A stretch of 64,000 bases of DNA from Oopsacas minuta (taxonomy: Eukaryota; Animalia; Porifera): assembly GCA_024704765.1 (NCBI GenBank), contig JAKMXF010000359.1, positions 7,381 to 71,380 on the forward strand, in the 5' to 3' direction. Under the pieces are notes generated by a model. That model saw only the letters and a list, made by a program, of their open reading frames with translations. It did no database searches and was not told where the DNA came from. Of this stretch, positions 50,434 to 62,973 are shown piece by piece (the first letter of the stretch is position 1; each line of letters begins with the position of its first letter). The position numbers and the translations under genes were made by a program.

Positions 50434-52042
50434 TGGTATTTTTCACAAAATATCAATTTTGTAACATTCATTAGAAAAGTACTAGCGACCCCTGTATTTC
50501 TTTAAAGAAAATTAAATGATATAATATAAAAGAAGGAGCTTGTAAAGTTTCAGGAGATTCTGGGGAATGAATTATTTTGAAATTGGAGTCTAAATTGAAA
50601 ATTCGAAAATACACAAAAAACGACAATTGTGCCATTTATAGAACCCCATTGTGGCTGTATCTTTCAGAATTTCAGGAATATAGCGACATAATGGTATACA
50701 CCCATGTCTCAGCTATCGATTGTCATCAAAATATAATAGTTTGACTACGATTTGGGATATCAAATATCAATTTGAACTGACCCTACTTTCTGTAAAATGA
50801 TACTCACCCCCTCCAATCTAACTCTGACTTCAACTTTGAATACTTGTATCGCCTCGAGTTTTAGGAATTTTTGGATGAAATTTAATTTACATAAACGTCC
50901 ATGGGTCACAAATATAGACACAAAATTTCAGATAAGTATTCTCACTTATAGGTCGCCGATTTAATAGAGAAGTGACCCTACTCGTCATGACAAAATAGAT
51001 AGGTAAAAGTTAAAAAATGTTTAAGAGAATTATATTTTATACAACGTCCAACATTCCTCTACCGAATGATATTAATTTCGGGTAAATCTGATGAGTACAA
51101 GTAGGACAAATAAGTGATTGAAATGATCCTGGTCGAATATCCTGCAAATTCACAGTCGTTTGATATAGATGAGTTAAAATCTCACGGTGAAAGGCTGTCC
51201 CTGGTCCAATAATACTAATGAGTTACAACCTCACGTGAGTTACAAGCTCACGCAACAGTACTAACAATATACTAACAATCACCCTATGCATATTACTATG
51301 CATAATATAACTACAAAATTCCAAAGTGATGTGATACTTACTAATGTTCTTTGTTAGAACACATTTTTCCTTTATGACATTTCGCAGAGCAAGTTTTTCC
51401 AGAACTCCTACATGGACACTTGCTGTTGTTGCACTTCTTACATCTACATACCCCTACTCCAGCACCAAGCGAAGCGTTTTGCATCAACTCTGTTTGTGAG
51501 ACAATCTTGGAACTAAATGGTATGCTAATCAAATTGGAAGGCTGAATTTCAAATTAGTACCTGAATAATCATCCGAGATTATGCCTTTAGAAGTTGCCAC
51601 AGTATAGACAGCGTCCCGTTTGTTCTGAATACTGCCTAAGATATTTCGAGAACCAATTGCACATAGTTTATCTGGGTGTGGAATTGGCTAACTAACATTA
51701 TCGCCCACTTCTGCTGTTTGGAATCTATTCAAAGCTGGCACTTACACCAATAGGTTGGTGTGATTGCGAGTACGCCAGTGTGATTGCTAGTACACTAGGT
51801 AGTTGGTGTAATTGCAATCACACCAAACTCGCATTTACACTGCAACATATATATATATATATATAAAGTAGATGGTACAACTATAGAATACTTGTTTTTA
51901 CTAGTTTCAATATCCTTTATAATAGCTTATGCTAACATTTAGCAAGTATGTGATGTAGGGGTGTATATAATTAACTATTCTTAACAATGTAATACTATAA
52001 CTATTAAGGGGTCGTTACAATGAAATATTATACACTGCTAAA

Positions 52043-52400
52043 TTACACAACAGTATAGAATTCTCTATTTTTCTTGAAGATGCTGTTTAGGATGTTTCCT
52101 TTATTCTTCCTCCCCCAATAGTTCTTGATAAGGTGGGATTCTAGCGTATCAGGATTTGTTATTTGGCCTCTTCTTCGCATATGCTTGACGACCCCAAGCT
52201 TTTTCTGTCCCTTATGATTGGGTACAGTAAATTGGATCCACAAAATTCTCATGTTTTTCAGTGTGATGATCATAGCCTGCAGCACAACATATAAGAAGCC
52301 CATTCTTCTGAGTGGATGGTAGTTCTAGGTAGCACATTTTGCTGAATGATGGGAAGTAGAGTTGCAACAGGGCAATGGAGAACTTGAATCATCAGAACGT
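52043..52400 (-). pseudogene. Merlin (IS1595-like) transposase fragment
   Basis: The minus strand reads TLLPIIQQNVLPRTTIHSEEWASY, GYDHHT, ENFVDP and LESHL across frames. Confidence 0.7.
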
Positions 52401-55266
52401 TATTAGTGACTTGCTAGTACATACCGAAAACCCATTTGCCAGTTAGTAATCTACCACAGTTTGATGTTAATCACGCATATTTCGATTCTTCGAACGAAGA
52501 GTAGAAAGCTAGCTGAGATATCAGGTATAATCACGGGTTCGAGCAATATTGTGGTCCATTCTAGTTTAAATGATAGTAGCAAATGCACGAATGATCCTTA
52601 TATAAAGACATACATAACAACACATTTACTTTGGGGTTAAGAAACACAAAGCATAGATCATATGGTTTTTAGTATTCAACATTATTTTTGTACATTCTAT
52701 GGTGGGGATATCAATTATCACCATGATGGGGTCTTCCAGTTTTCATTTTTATAAATATTATATCATACTGATATTTCATAAATGTTTCAGTGTTAGAAAT
52801 ACCATTGTTGGAGGAACTCCAGAGCTAACTTAAAGTGAGAGTCCAAAGTTGCTTAAATCTTAAATGTGGTCATTTCACTTTAGATTCGTGAGAGTTGACA
52901 AATATGGGGCCTGGGAGACACTGTAAGATCTGATTAGGGTTTAGGAGTGAAGCACCTGGCCACTAAATATAAAAGCATAGTGCTCTTCTCCTATTAACAT
53001 TACTTCAGTGACTTAGAGTCCATTTTCTATTGGAGATAATTCATCAAATACCTAGCTCGCTGATTAAAATTAGAAAGGGATATCGAGGAATTATTTGAAG
53101 TAGGGCCTGCAAGTGTCCCTTAGTTATCTTGTTTGGGGCTGCTGGCATGCCATAAAAAGCCCTTGGCTACACCTCTGGAAGGTGAGCCAGGGCACATGCC
53201 CCTCTCTCTGGATCCGCCACTGCTAATATGATAAACCGAATACGTCCAAACATTTTAGGAGTTATTCCAAAATGCTACATCCCGTTGGATTTTTGAGGAG
53301 ATTGTTTGCATTTTAAATTTACGAAAAACTTATTTTCTACCAAACCCATACACTCCAAGAATGATTATGAATCAGGTATTCGGTATTATTGTAAAATTAC
53401 TAACCCAATAATTATACTCTGAAACGATTTCAATTTGAGGTAAACTCAATGAAAATTTCCTCATTAGGGTCGTAACGTTTCAATTGGCATATAGTATATT
53501 TTTGGAAAGTTTCAAACTATTCGGAAATATGTCTATTACAAAAAGAAGAAGTATATAAAAATATTTATCCATAGTTTATCAACAAAAAAATTGATTCATA
53601 ATATCGTTGAATTAGATCCTGGCCATAAACAATATTACATTATTAGAAAACCATAATATTTGAATAATACATTGTTATAGATATTTATGTGCATTCGTAT
53701 AATTGGTATATAAAAATTACAATATGCAGTTGTGTAGTTTACAATAATGAAATAGTGTATATCTGTAGTGTATTAGTATATACATTACTACCTGGCCTAA
53801 AGAATTGGAATCGTCTACCACTTGTGAAACAAGTGGCACACAACGAAAGTATTTTGAAAACTTTGTGGATTTGACAGAAGGTATAACAATATGGTTTTTT
53901 CATCGTTTCAGATGTAATAATGTTCATAAATGTTTGAAACATTAATAGGCTATATAAATAGACTGCTGTGTAGATTGGTGTCATGTGGCAATTGGGGGAC
54001 GGAGTGCCAATACATATTGACAGGAAGTTTATATAGAAGATAATTCTAAATTAATGTATATACATGAATGGAGAAAAGAACTAGAACAGTTGACTCATTT
54101 GGCAACCTAGATAATCGCTAAAATACACGGAATCTAAATAAAGATTGACAGTCTTTGAGTGTTTTCTCTTATGCACGTTTATATGTTCTTCATTTAGAAA
54201 AGTCCATTTAGTATATTAGACGTACTCACTTCAGATGTACCTCTGTCTTATAGCATATTCCCTTACCCACTATTACATGTACCTCTCTGGCTTGTAGTAT
54301 ATTACCTTTCTTCGTTTAGTTCTATAATGATTCAGACATGTTTCGACTAATCTTGGTACACTATTGTGTGCTGATTGCATTCAATCAATACTCTGTTGAT
54401 GAATTATTCATTTGGTATTTATACTAAATATATTCACGTTTTTCACAAATGAATTGTATGGCTTACTAATAACTCCTCTCATCCCTCCTACTTAACCTCA
54501 ACCTGCCAACTGCACGCATCCCTTACCTAGCCCAACTACCCCTCTAAGATTCTTATTACCACAACCCTTCATCATGGCATTCTGACACGAATATTGAAAC
54601 AGAGAATTATACGGATCTAAATCAGTCAGGAACAACATTGTCAACAGAACAAACTTCCGACACAAGCACACCTATGAAGGGAAAATGTCCAGCAGCCTAG
54701 CGGCATCTAGAAGAGCTAAACGCCTTTCGTTTCACCACAATCCATCATTCAGATCAGTGAATGCTTTACATATGTCAACTATAATAGTGAGCCAGTTGAC
54801 GATTCGCATACCCTACAATCAGTGGTGACAGTAGCATTGTGCCTATTTATGATCCGAGAAAACAATTTCCCACGTATCATCCTAAAAACTCATGAAACTG
54901 GGAGAAACGGCACTTCTGTGTACAAAGTAATCTATACAAGCTCCATAGAGACTAATGGAAAGTAATTACATGACCCTACCAATCCACATTCTGGAGTCTA
55001 CTCCCCTGTTTCTGGATTACTGGCTTTGCTACCTACCAATCACGCAAACTACTCGGCCACCCAATTTCCAATATTCTCCTCGGATATTAGAAACATTTCC
55101 CATGGGGTCATAAGTCCAATTCCTTGTTGGCGGACGGTTGGCAAGTATGCAATGTACACCTATAAATGTATAAGAGTGTTTCTGTTCCCTGCCATATTAC
55201 CTAGATATGCATGGCTGAGATGTGAAATACAAGGGATGTGTGCTTTACAGATTAAATGGTATTATC

Positions 55267-57800
55267 TAGGGATCGACCAGGGGCAAATTTTGGCCGGGGC
55301 CGGGGTTAGAGTTGATAGTAAATAATGCAAGTTTACAGTTGTTTCTGTGCTAATTAGTAATATTATTCACCTTATAAAACTATGCGCAAAGCTCCTTTAA
55401 AGTCAACAGCGTGAAAATATAGTCAACGTGAATAGAGTCGTAATAGTAATCAGATATCTGGGTTCTCAATACATAGTATCAATATGGTATATGTTATTTG
55501 AAAGTGTCAAAAGGTAATTATCATTGAATAATATAAATAATACATACAATTGATTGTTTGAATTTACTATTCATATCAATGGTCAAAAGGTACGCATCTG
55601 AGGTCTGAGAATTTTATGATGTCGATAGTTCAGATGAATCAATTGCCAATTGCAACATTTCTGTCTGTCACGGAAAAACGAGGAAGATACGAAGGGGTAC
55701 TCATGGAGGCTCAAAAAAGTCTTTTCAACTAAATCGCTTTGGAATCATTTGGAATCGTATCACCCTGTCGTATACAAGGCGGCAATAATAATAATAAATG
55801 CTGATGAAGCAAAAAGATGCAAAAAAGATGAGGAGAATTCGAAGCAACAATCTATCTACATTTTGGCTACCCCAGGTTCACAAACCCAACAGAGTCTAGA
55901 GGAAACATTCGAATAAAAAAAAATGGCTACCTGATCACCCTGATCAAAACAGGGAATTATTTTTTAGCTGAATGGATATGTGATTCACTTCTCCCTTACA
56001 CAACAAGTGGAAAACGAAAGATTCAACGTTTTTATTAGTCATTTGAATCACAAATTCGATGTTCCAGTGAAAAAGTGCTCCGCCAAAGGATTATTCCAGA
56101 TATATACAGACGTGTACAATTCAATACATGGAGCTGTTGCACAATAATCTCGGAGACTTTTGTAATGCAACGACTGATATTTGGACATCAAAGAGTCAAC
56201 ACGCTTTTATTAGCTTCACGCTGCATTTCATCAACAAGAAAAGGAGAGCGAAAAGCAGTTGTGCAGCCTTGTTTTCCATATGATACATCACATACAGCTG
56301 ATTCAATTGCCAAGACGTGCGCATGATCATTTTTGATTGGAAATTAGAGGGAAAGCTCCACTTGATATTGTGAGATAATGCCCTCAATATGGTGAATGCC
56401 ATGGTTATCAACTACCAGGATAATGCAGATTGTTTTTTACATATGATACATCTAGTGGTCATGAATTTTATTTTTGAACAAAGTGGTGTCCAATCCATGA
56501 TGGCCCGTGCCACCAAATTGATTTCCTTTTTTCGGAATAGTCCGAAGGCGATGGGAGTTCTCAGAGGTCGTCAAGCAGATTGCAATGGTGTTCCTGGATG
56601 CACTCTGTTTTTATGCGAGAAAACACGCTGGAGTTCTTACTATGCTATGTTAGTCCGGTTAATTCAGCAGAAACGTGCTATTCGTTGCGCAGAAGATGAT
56701 ATCAATATTAATATAGAATACCAACTAACTCCAAATGGCTGGATGCTTATTCCCAAAATAATTTGTTTATTAAAACCATTCACCGGTGCAACATTGGATG
56801 CAGAACACGAATATGCTTGCATCTCCGATACCATTCTATTCATCAAGAAAATATTTTATGAATTGAATGCTATCGATGAATTTGGAATCAATACTATGAA
56901 AAACGAAATGATCGTACAACTGAAACGTTATTTTAGGGGGATTGATCCCCGAGTGCATTTCATTGATGTCGAAACAAGTGAAGTGCATGCATTGGCCACT
57001 CTTCTGGATCCTAGATATAAAACGAGTGGCTTTATGGATAAGGCGAAAGCAGAAGAGGCAAAGGGTAAATTAGTTAGTGTTGCTTCCAACATCTTTGAAC
57101 GGTCTTTGGCAGAAGGCAGTTTTCAAATTAACGCCGATTCCCCTGCAAAAAGTTGCTGGGATGCAATTTTAAGTGATTCAGATGGCCAATCCGATTCGGT
57201 TAATAATAATGCTATTTGTGATGCGGAAGATATGATCAGAAACGAAGTAAAACATGAAATGTTGCACTACTTCGCTGACATGAAAATTCACCGAGAGCTA
57301 GATCCATTGTGGTACTGGTGTATGAACTTGAATCTGTATCCAATATTGTCTATACTTGCCTTTCAGTATTTGAGTCCACCTTTCGGATCAGTTCCAAGTG
57401 AACGAGAATTTAAAATGGCCGGTAAAATTTCTCAAGGAGATAGGATCCGTTTGCTCCCTGCTAACATAGAGAAGCTCTTGTTTCTCATGTATAATCTCAG
57501 AGCGATTGGTTTTGGTTCATTCAAGCTACAGCAGCCACATCCTCAAGTTGTTCTTCCGAACCACAACTTAGAAGTTGAAGAAATTTGCGGGGACGAAGCA
57601 AGTCACAAACACATTAGAATCTTTGTTAGTACAAGTAGTTGATAGTGATAGACTGATAGTATAGTAAGGTGAAATATATCTTTGTAAAACTAACTACTCT
57701 CGGGCAAGGTTCGGGACTTTAAGCCGGGGACGGGGCCGAGACAAAAAGTGGCCGGGATTGGCGGAACCGGGGCAGGGGCAGGGTGACCGGTCGATCCCTA
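55267..57800 (+). mobile_element. Full-length hAT (Ac/ZBED1-4 type), 2534 bp, frameshifted transposase
   Basis: TIR TAGGGATCGACC/GGTCGATCCCTA with perfect 8-bp TSD GTATTATC. Motifs: BED-like LWNHLESYHP, TTDIWTS, DNALNM, CFLHMIHL, TRWSS, LLDPRYK, SVPSEREF. GC-rich CCGGG subterminal repeats. Confidence 0.95.
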
Positions 57801-58179
57801 GTATTATCATGGATACTTTTCAATTAGTGAAACTAATTGGTGAGTTTTATGAAGCCTTCTACTTCTCTAAAGTAACTCTACTACGCGATTTACCTATGTT
57901 ATAATTGTTATATCACCATGGCATATACAATACATACCATATGTGTTGACTTGTTACTAAAGTATTTATGATGTCTTTAGTCATCCTACTACATACCAAC
58001 ATAGTGTCGTTATTGTAGTGAACAAATCATCAAATAATAGCAACACAATTGACTCACTAGAAGTATGTCTGTGCACACATTATCTTTAAATGTCAAATCT
58101 ATAAATTGGGGTGTTTTGTGCTTCTCTTCATTATTGTGATCCTCATCAACAATCATAACATCACCATTTTGCGTTCTCA

Positions 58180-58900
58180 GATACATCTTTATATACAGAC
58201 ATGGTGTATGTACAAATCCAATGCAACTTATGCAAAGATCTGTTTAGAGCTATCAATATCTCTAAACAAATCTATGTGTATCAGGCGTACTCCAATTATT
58301 CTAACTACCTCACCTGAGAGTATATTGTAGACCAGCAGCTTAAAATATTTTGAACTACTCTAAGTATAGCCAAGTTACCAGCATGGGAATTTTGCAATCT
58401 AAAGGGCACACTAATAGCACGAGCTAAAGCCAGAATATGCCTCTGCAGTTTTCGATGTAGCGATGGTCCAAACAAACTTAGAGAGGACAGTTCTCAAAAT
58501 CATCACCTCTACTCATTGAACAATTTATTGGGCTTTTTCTTCCCTGACCAACTACCCCTGAGATTATTTACGCATACTGTCCAGCAGGAACAGAATAGAC
58601 CACCAACATTATCAGCCCTATACAAATAACTATCTTGAATTCTATGAAGAATGGAAAAAATCGAAATGCACCTGGTAGACTTGCCATCTCACCACGTCAG
58701 TCATCCTATTCACCACATGATATCACCAACCCTACCTTGACCCCCTCAATTCTATCTCATACAAGCAATTTGTGGAATGCTAAGGAAGAAACTCTGCAAC
58801 TACACATACTTACTTCAGTTTACTCGCCCACATCTCTACTTGTGATAACGAGGTTATCTTTAGAATTTGTTCTCTTTTGTTCCACTCACCATGAACCCTT
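58180..58900 (+). pseudogene. Heavily decayed CR1/L2-like LINE RT C-terminal remnant
   Basis: PEYASAVFD...NLERTVLKII resembles LEYASAVW..LERVQRRATK. Only weak motifs remain. Confidence 0.4.
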
Positions 58901-60539
58901 GCTATTTTGGGTCACTCTTCCATGTTTAGGTAAATACACAGCAGCCACGACCAGTTATACCTTACGTATTATCTTATTACCTGTATATTTCTAATCCCTG
59001 TTCTTGTCTATGTAGTGACTATCTTTTTATGAATCCATATGCCTTGTCTCTCTGTAATTATTCATTCTAACTTCTATCAATGGTTGGTTATCTGATTATA
59101 CAATTTTGGACTGTCGTTATTCGTAGCAATAATCGCAGATGGATAGCAACAAAAGGTTTGGGCAAAGTTTTGGTATTATTCCTGTGTCCGCAGATGCATA
59201 CATGCGAGCATATTCTGACATAATTATGATGCATTACAGAGTTTATCAAGCGGTGGTGATATAGCTTCACCAGCTTGTCGCAAGAGATATTTCCGTCGTT
59301 TATTGATCAATTTGACCAGACTTGGCCAAAATGTCTATACTTACCAAACTTGAACAAGTTATTTGATTTTGAAATGGTTAATGTAGTTGTTTTATCCAAA
59401 TGTGGCCATAGCTGATCCGAGTTTGGAAACAGTGATTGACAATAATTTTGGTCAAACTTTGACTAGATTCCCAATAAATACAATTCTATAAGGCTCTAAG
59501 CTTGTAAATAAAAGGAATCTGTTATCAGCACTCATACTCTAACGAGTCGTTTAGAATTGTAAGATTGGTACTCGCATGACTATCATGTATATATATTTGA
59601 AATACAAGTATTTTTCTGTTCATTTTTTACTTTTATTATGACAAATATTCCATTATTCTCTACTTCTATACGAGTTTGTCATACCTGCTCCCAACCTCCC
59701 TTCAATAATCTCTATTCCCACTGGAACGTATTGATCTTCACGTTTACCCCATCGACCCCAATACCGATCCTAGGATACTTATTTGAACTTTGCAAAGTCG
59801 GTTATACAATATGAATTTGCTTGGCCAATTGGTAATTATTATTATTCTTTGCGAGTTATAATTGGATATACATACAAAAATGTGCCTTCTGTGGTTTCTA
59901 CGGTAACTCTTGAGTGCTCCAACATCATTGCATATAATAATTATATATTCTTGGTACAATAAATCAATCTTATACATATGATTTATTTATATACAGTATA
60001 TTGATTTTGAAATGAAGGATGCAATATACACAATTTTATGTTTCAAAGAATGTGGATTTTTAAAATTATATGTTTACTAGACACCTTTAGCCACTTTTTA
60101 TATTTTTTGAGTATAATGCTTGATAATTTGTTGTTCTATAAATATGCAATACATTTCTTAAGCAAAAACGCTTAGCTTTTGAATTATTTTGTTACCCTTT
60201 ATATGGCCTGGTCGGGTAATACATCACTGGTCCATTTTCTGTACCTAACCCAAGGCCTTATATTACGTAGCTCACGTTATACAAATTTCATAACCCAAAT
60301 CTATATCCTGGAAAAAGCGTGGTGACGTCGTCAACATTGAAGTTGAAATATCTGACGTCATAAATGAAAATGTATTCTAAAAATTGTTTTTCAGTGAAGT
60401 GACCATTTGTTAGAAAATTATCAACTATAATTGAATAGACCAAACTACAAATATGTACATGTAACAATCACCATTTTGTCAACGATTTTGATTAGGACTT
60501 GTGGGCCAAAGTGCCTCAAATAGCAAGTAATCGGTTAAA

Positions 60540-60790
60540 GACGAAATGAATTCGGTGTATTTTTCAGGATCATTCACTTTGTGTATTCTTATTAATGGAA
60601 AATGAACATAATTTTTACATCTAAGTTGAGATTCCCACAAACTAAGCATAGTTTGAAAAGCATTGATATGATCAGACATTTCAGAAATATTAGTTGCTCT
60701 TTTCCTTCTAATCTTGTTTTCAATTCACAGAAGTGAGAACTAATATTTATAAGAAAGCAAATAACATAACCATTCATCGTCTTGTAATGT
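60540..60790 (-). pseudogene. hAT (GTF2IRD2/SPIN-type) transposase fragment
   Basis: FLINISSHFCELKTRLEGKEQLI and HINAFQTMLSLWESQLRCKNYVHFP. Confidence 0.7.
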
Positions 60791-61661
60791 AAGAATTTGT
60801 TGCCCTTTTAGTTGCATGAATATCTGAATTCGATCTTTCAAAAAATGTGGAGGACCCCCAGGGCTGATTTTTTGTATACAGGCGTATTTAGGGCCTGGCT
60901 CGAACAATTTAGAATCTTGGAGGAAAATTCACAACTCCAGTATCACCACAGGAGGCAATTGAATGTAATATAGATGGACCATGGATAAGTAATAATCAAA
61001 ATTCCTTTTATTTTTACATGAAACACATAGTCTCGAGTATATTACGTCGCGTAGCGACAATATGCACTAAAATGTAGCTGTTAAATACTTAAGATAACCT
61101 GAAGCACTAAGCTGCCGCGCGCGACCTAGCCAGTGTAGCGCGCTAGTGTCACATTAATTCAAAGTATACACTTCAACTTTTAGTATGAGAAATCTTAAAA
61201 GATCTTCCAATGTCATTTATTGTGTGCGCCACGTCCTCTCGTCCCCTATTTCTATTCCTTTGCACAAATGTCGAATATGCAAATCTATCAAAAATCCATA
61301 TTCTCTGCAAGAGCACACCATAATCCAGGGTTTTGGCTTTTTAGGCCTTGGAAAATGACAAAAGATCTTAGAAGATTTTCGAGTTTTTGATTGTCACAAA
61401 AATTGCAACATATCTTCCAGTTATAGCCAAATACGATCTCTATTCATCGGTTTCACTATTTTCGGTGATCATCCAGCTAGGATTGCAAGTATATGGAAAC
61501 AAATGCACCGAACCTCGGAGACTGGAAGACCGTGCCATCCTTCATTTGGTTAAAGCCACATAGTGCTAATACACAAATTCTGTGTGAGCCCACTGAATTA
61601 TTCTAATTGTTAGAATGTTCGACGCCTTTGCGTGGTCGGTATATGGTCACTTGTATGACTA

Positions 61662-62973
61662 CAGGGTGGCTCCAAAGTTTTGATACAAAATCATGATTAG
61701 TATACAACCATTATCAGGAAGTATTCTCAATGGTTTGCTCTTCCATGACATACCTTATACGCTTCCTAACAAATATTATTTCAATTTGGTGTATTCTATT
61801 TCGAAAAAAATTGTGATTGACCATGGAATCTGAGAGGTCAGCAATTATTGAGTTGCATATGGCGGGGAAAAGTCCATCAGAAATTTTGAAACTGCTGAAT
61901 ATTGCAAAAGGACGTAGGGCATTTATCTACAGGACGATAAATCGATATAAGGAAACTGGGGACACTGTAGACAAGCCGAGATCTGGTCGTCCATGCTCTG
62001 TAACGACCTCAGCTCTCAAGAAAGTGGTGCGAGAACGGATTCGGCGGAACCCACACCGTTCGATGAGGAAAATGGCCTTGGAGCTCAATATATCTCGCCG
62101 AGCAATACAAAAGGTTGTCAAAAGGGACCTAGGAATGCGCTCTTTTAAACGCAAAAAGGTACAATTCCTATCTGGGTCGGTGAAAGAAAAGAGAGTGTCC
62201 CGGAGCAAGAGCCTACTTGCTCTACACGCTATTGGAGTTCTCGAAAATACCATTTTCTCAGATGAGAAAATTTTCACCATTGAAGAGGCTACAAATAGCC
62301 AAAACGACAGAGTCATCTCGACCTCAGTTTCAGCGATCCCTGATAAGTTCAGATATATCAGTCGGATGAAGAAACCACTGTCGGTGATGGTTTGGGCTGG
62401 GGTCTCTGCTGTTGGTCGGACACCACTGATTTTCATCCCCCCAGGAGTGAAAATCAATGCCAAAACATACCAAGAGCTTGTATTAGAGCCTGTGGTAAAA
62501 GGTCTGAGCCAGACCATGTTTTCTGGACAGCAATTTGTCTTCCAACAAGATGGTGCTCCCGCCCATACGGCCAATACGACCCATGATTGGATGAAGCACA
62601 ATATTCCCAATTTTATACATAAGGATGAATGGCCACCATACAGTCCCGATTTAAATTCCATGGACTATTCTGTATGGTCTATCTTGGAAAACAAGGCTTG
62701 TTCTGTGTCACACAACACAGTTAGCTCTCTAAAGATTTCCTTGTGTCAAGAATGGGAGAAGATACCCCAAGAAACTCTGCGTGCCGCAGTAGAAGGATTC
62801 CCGAACAGACTCAGGGCTGTCATTTCCAAAAAGGGTGGTTATATTGAATAAATGACTAGGCAATCTCTTCCTAATAGTATGTATTGATTATATATAGAGA
62901 ATCAATAATGTAGGTCATGCTGAATAAATATTATAGACAAAATGGTTTGTATCAGAACTTTGGAGCCACCCTG
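61662..62973 (+). mobile_element. Full-length maT (DD37D) transposon, 1312 bp
   Basis: TA|CAGGGTGGCTCCAAAGTTTTGATACAAA ... TTTGTATCAGAACTTTGGAGCCACCCTG|TA. Confidence 0.95.
61823..62851 (+). CDS. Intact maT DD37D transposase
   Basis: FSDEK, QQDGAPAH and SPDLNSMDY with D37D spacing. ATG at 61823. Confidence 0.93.
   Translation: MESERSAIIELHMAGKSPSEILKLLNIAKGRRAFIYRTINRYKETGDTVDKPRSGRPCSVTTSALKKVVRERIRRNPHRSMRKMALELNISRRAIQKVVKRDLGMRSFKRKKVQFLSGSVKEKRVSRSKSLLALHAIGVLENTIFSDEKIFTIEEATNSQNDRVISTSVSAIPDKFRYISRMKKPLSVMVWAGVSAVGRTPLIFIPPGVKINAKTYQELVLEPVVKGLSQTMFSGQQFVFQQDGAPAHTANTTHDWMKHNIPNFIHKDEWPPYSPDLNSMDYSVWSILENKACSVSHNTVSSLKISLCQEWEKIPQETLRAAVEGFPNRLRAVISKKGGYIE

Larger units (their letters stand above)
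45910..51258. mobile_element. Non-coding foldback element with about 945-bp arms, 80-bp loop and TA flanks; right arm interrupted by Transib A
   Basis: TA|CTGTTGCGTGAG...CTCACGCAACAG|TA. Left arm 45910-46852 pairs with 46932-47071 plus 50439-51258. The right arm has a 16-bp tandem duplication near its outer end. Confidence 0.9.
45703..51847 (-). mobile_element. Internally deleted Ginger-like element (KRBA2/SCAND3-type integrase) with about 130-bp TIRs
   Basis: Termini TGTTGCAGTGTAAATGC...GCATTTACACTGCAACA, with flanks TATT and TATA. 51341-51715 (-) encodes VGDNVS*PIPHPD...RNILG and CRCKKCNNSKCPCRSSGKTCSAKCHKGKMCSNK, the Cys-rich tail typical of these integrases. Confidence 0.65.

Noticed and set aside
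25191-60360. Other TGACGTCA sites (25191, 60353) as further Transib 3' ends
   Set aside because: No convincing heptamer about 147 bp away; only a weak CACAAGT near 60503.
61927-62661. 244-aa antisense ORF inside maT
   Set aside because: It is the shadow frame of the transposase, and the related copy at 37-38 kb is broken in this frame.
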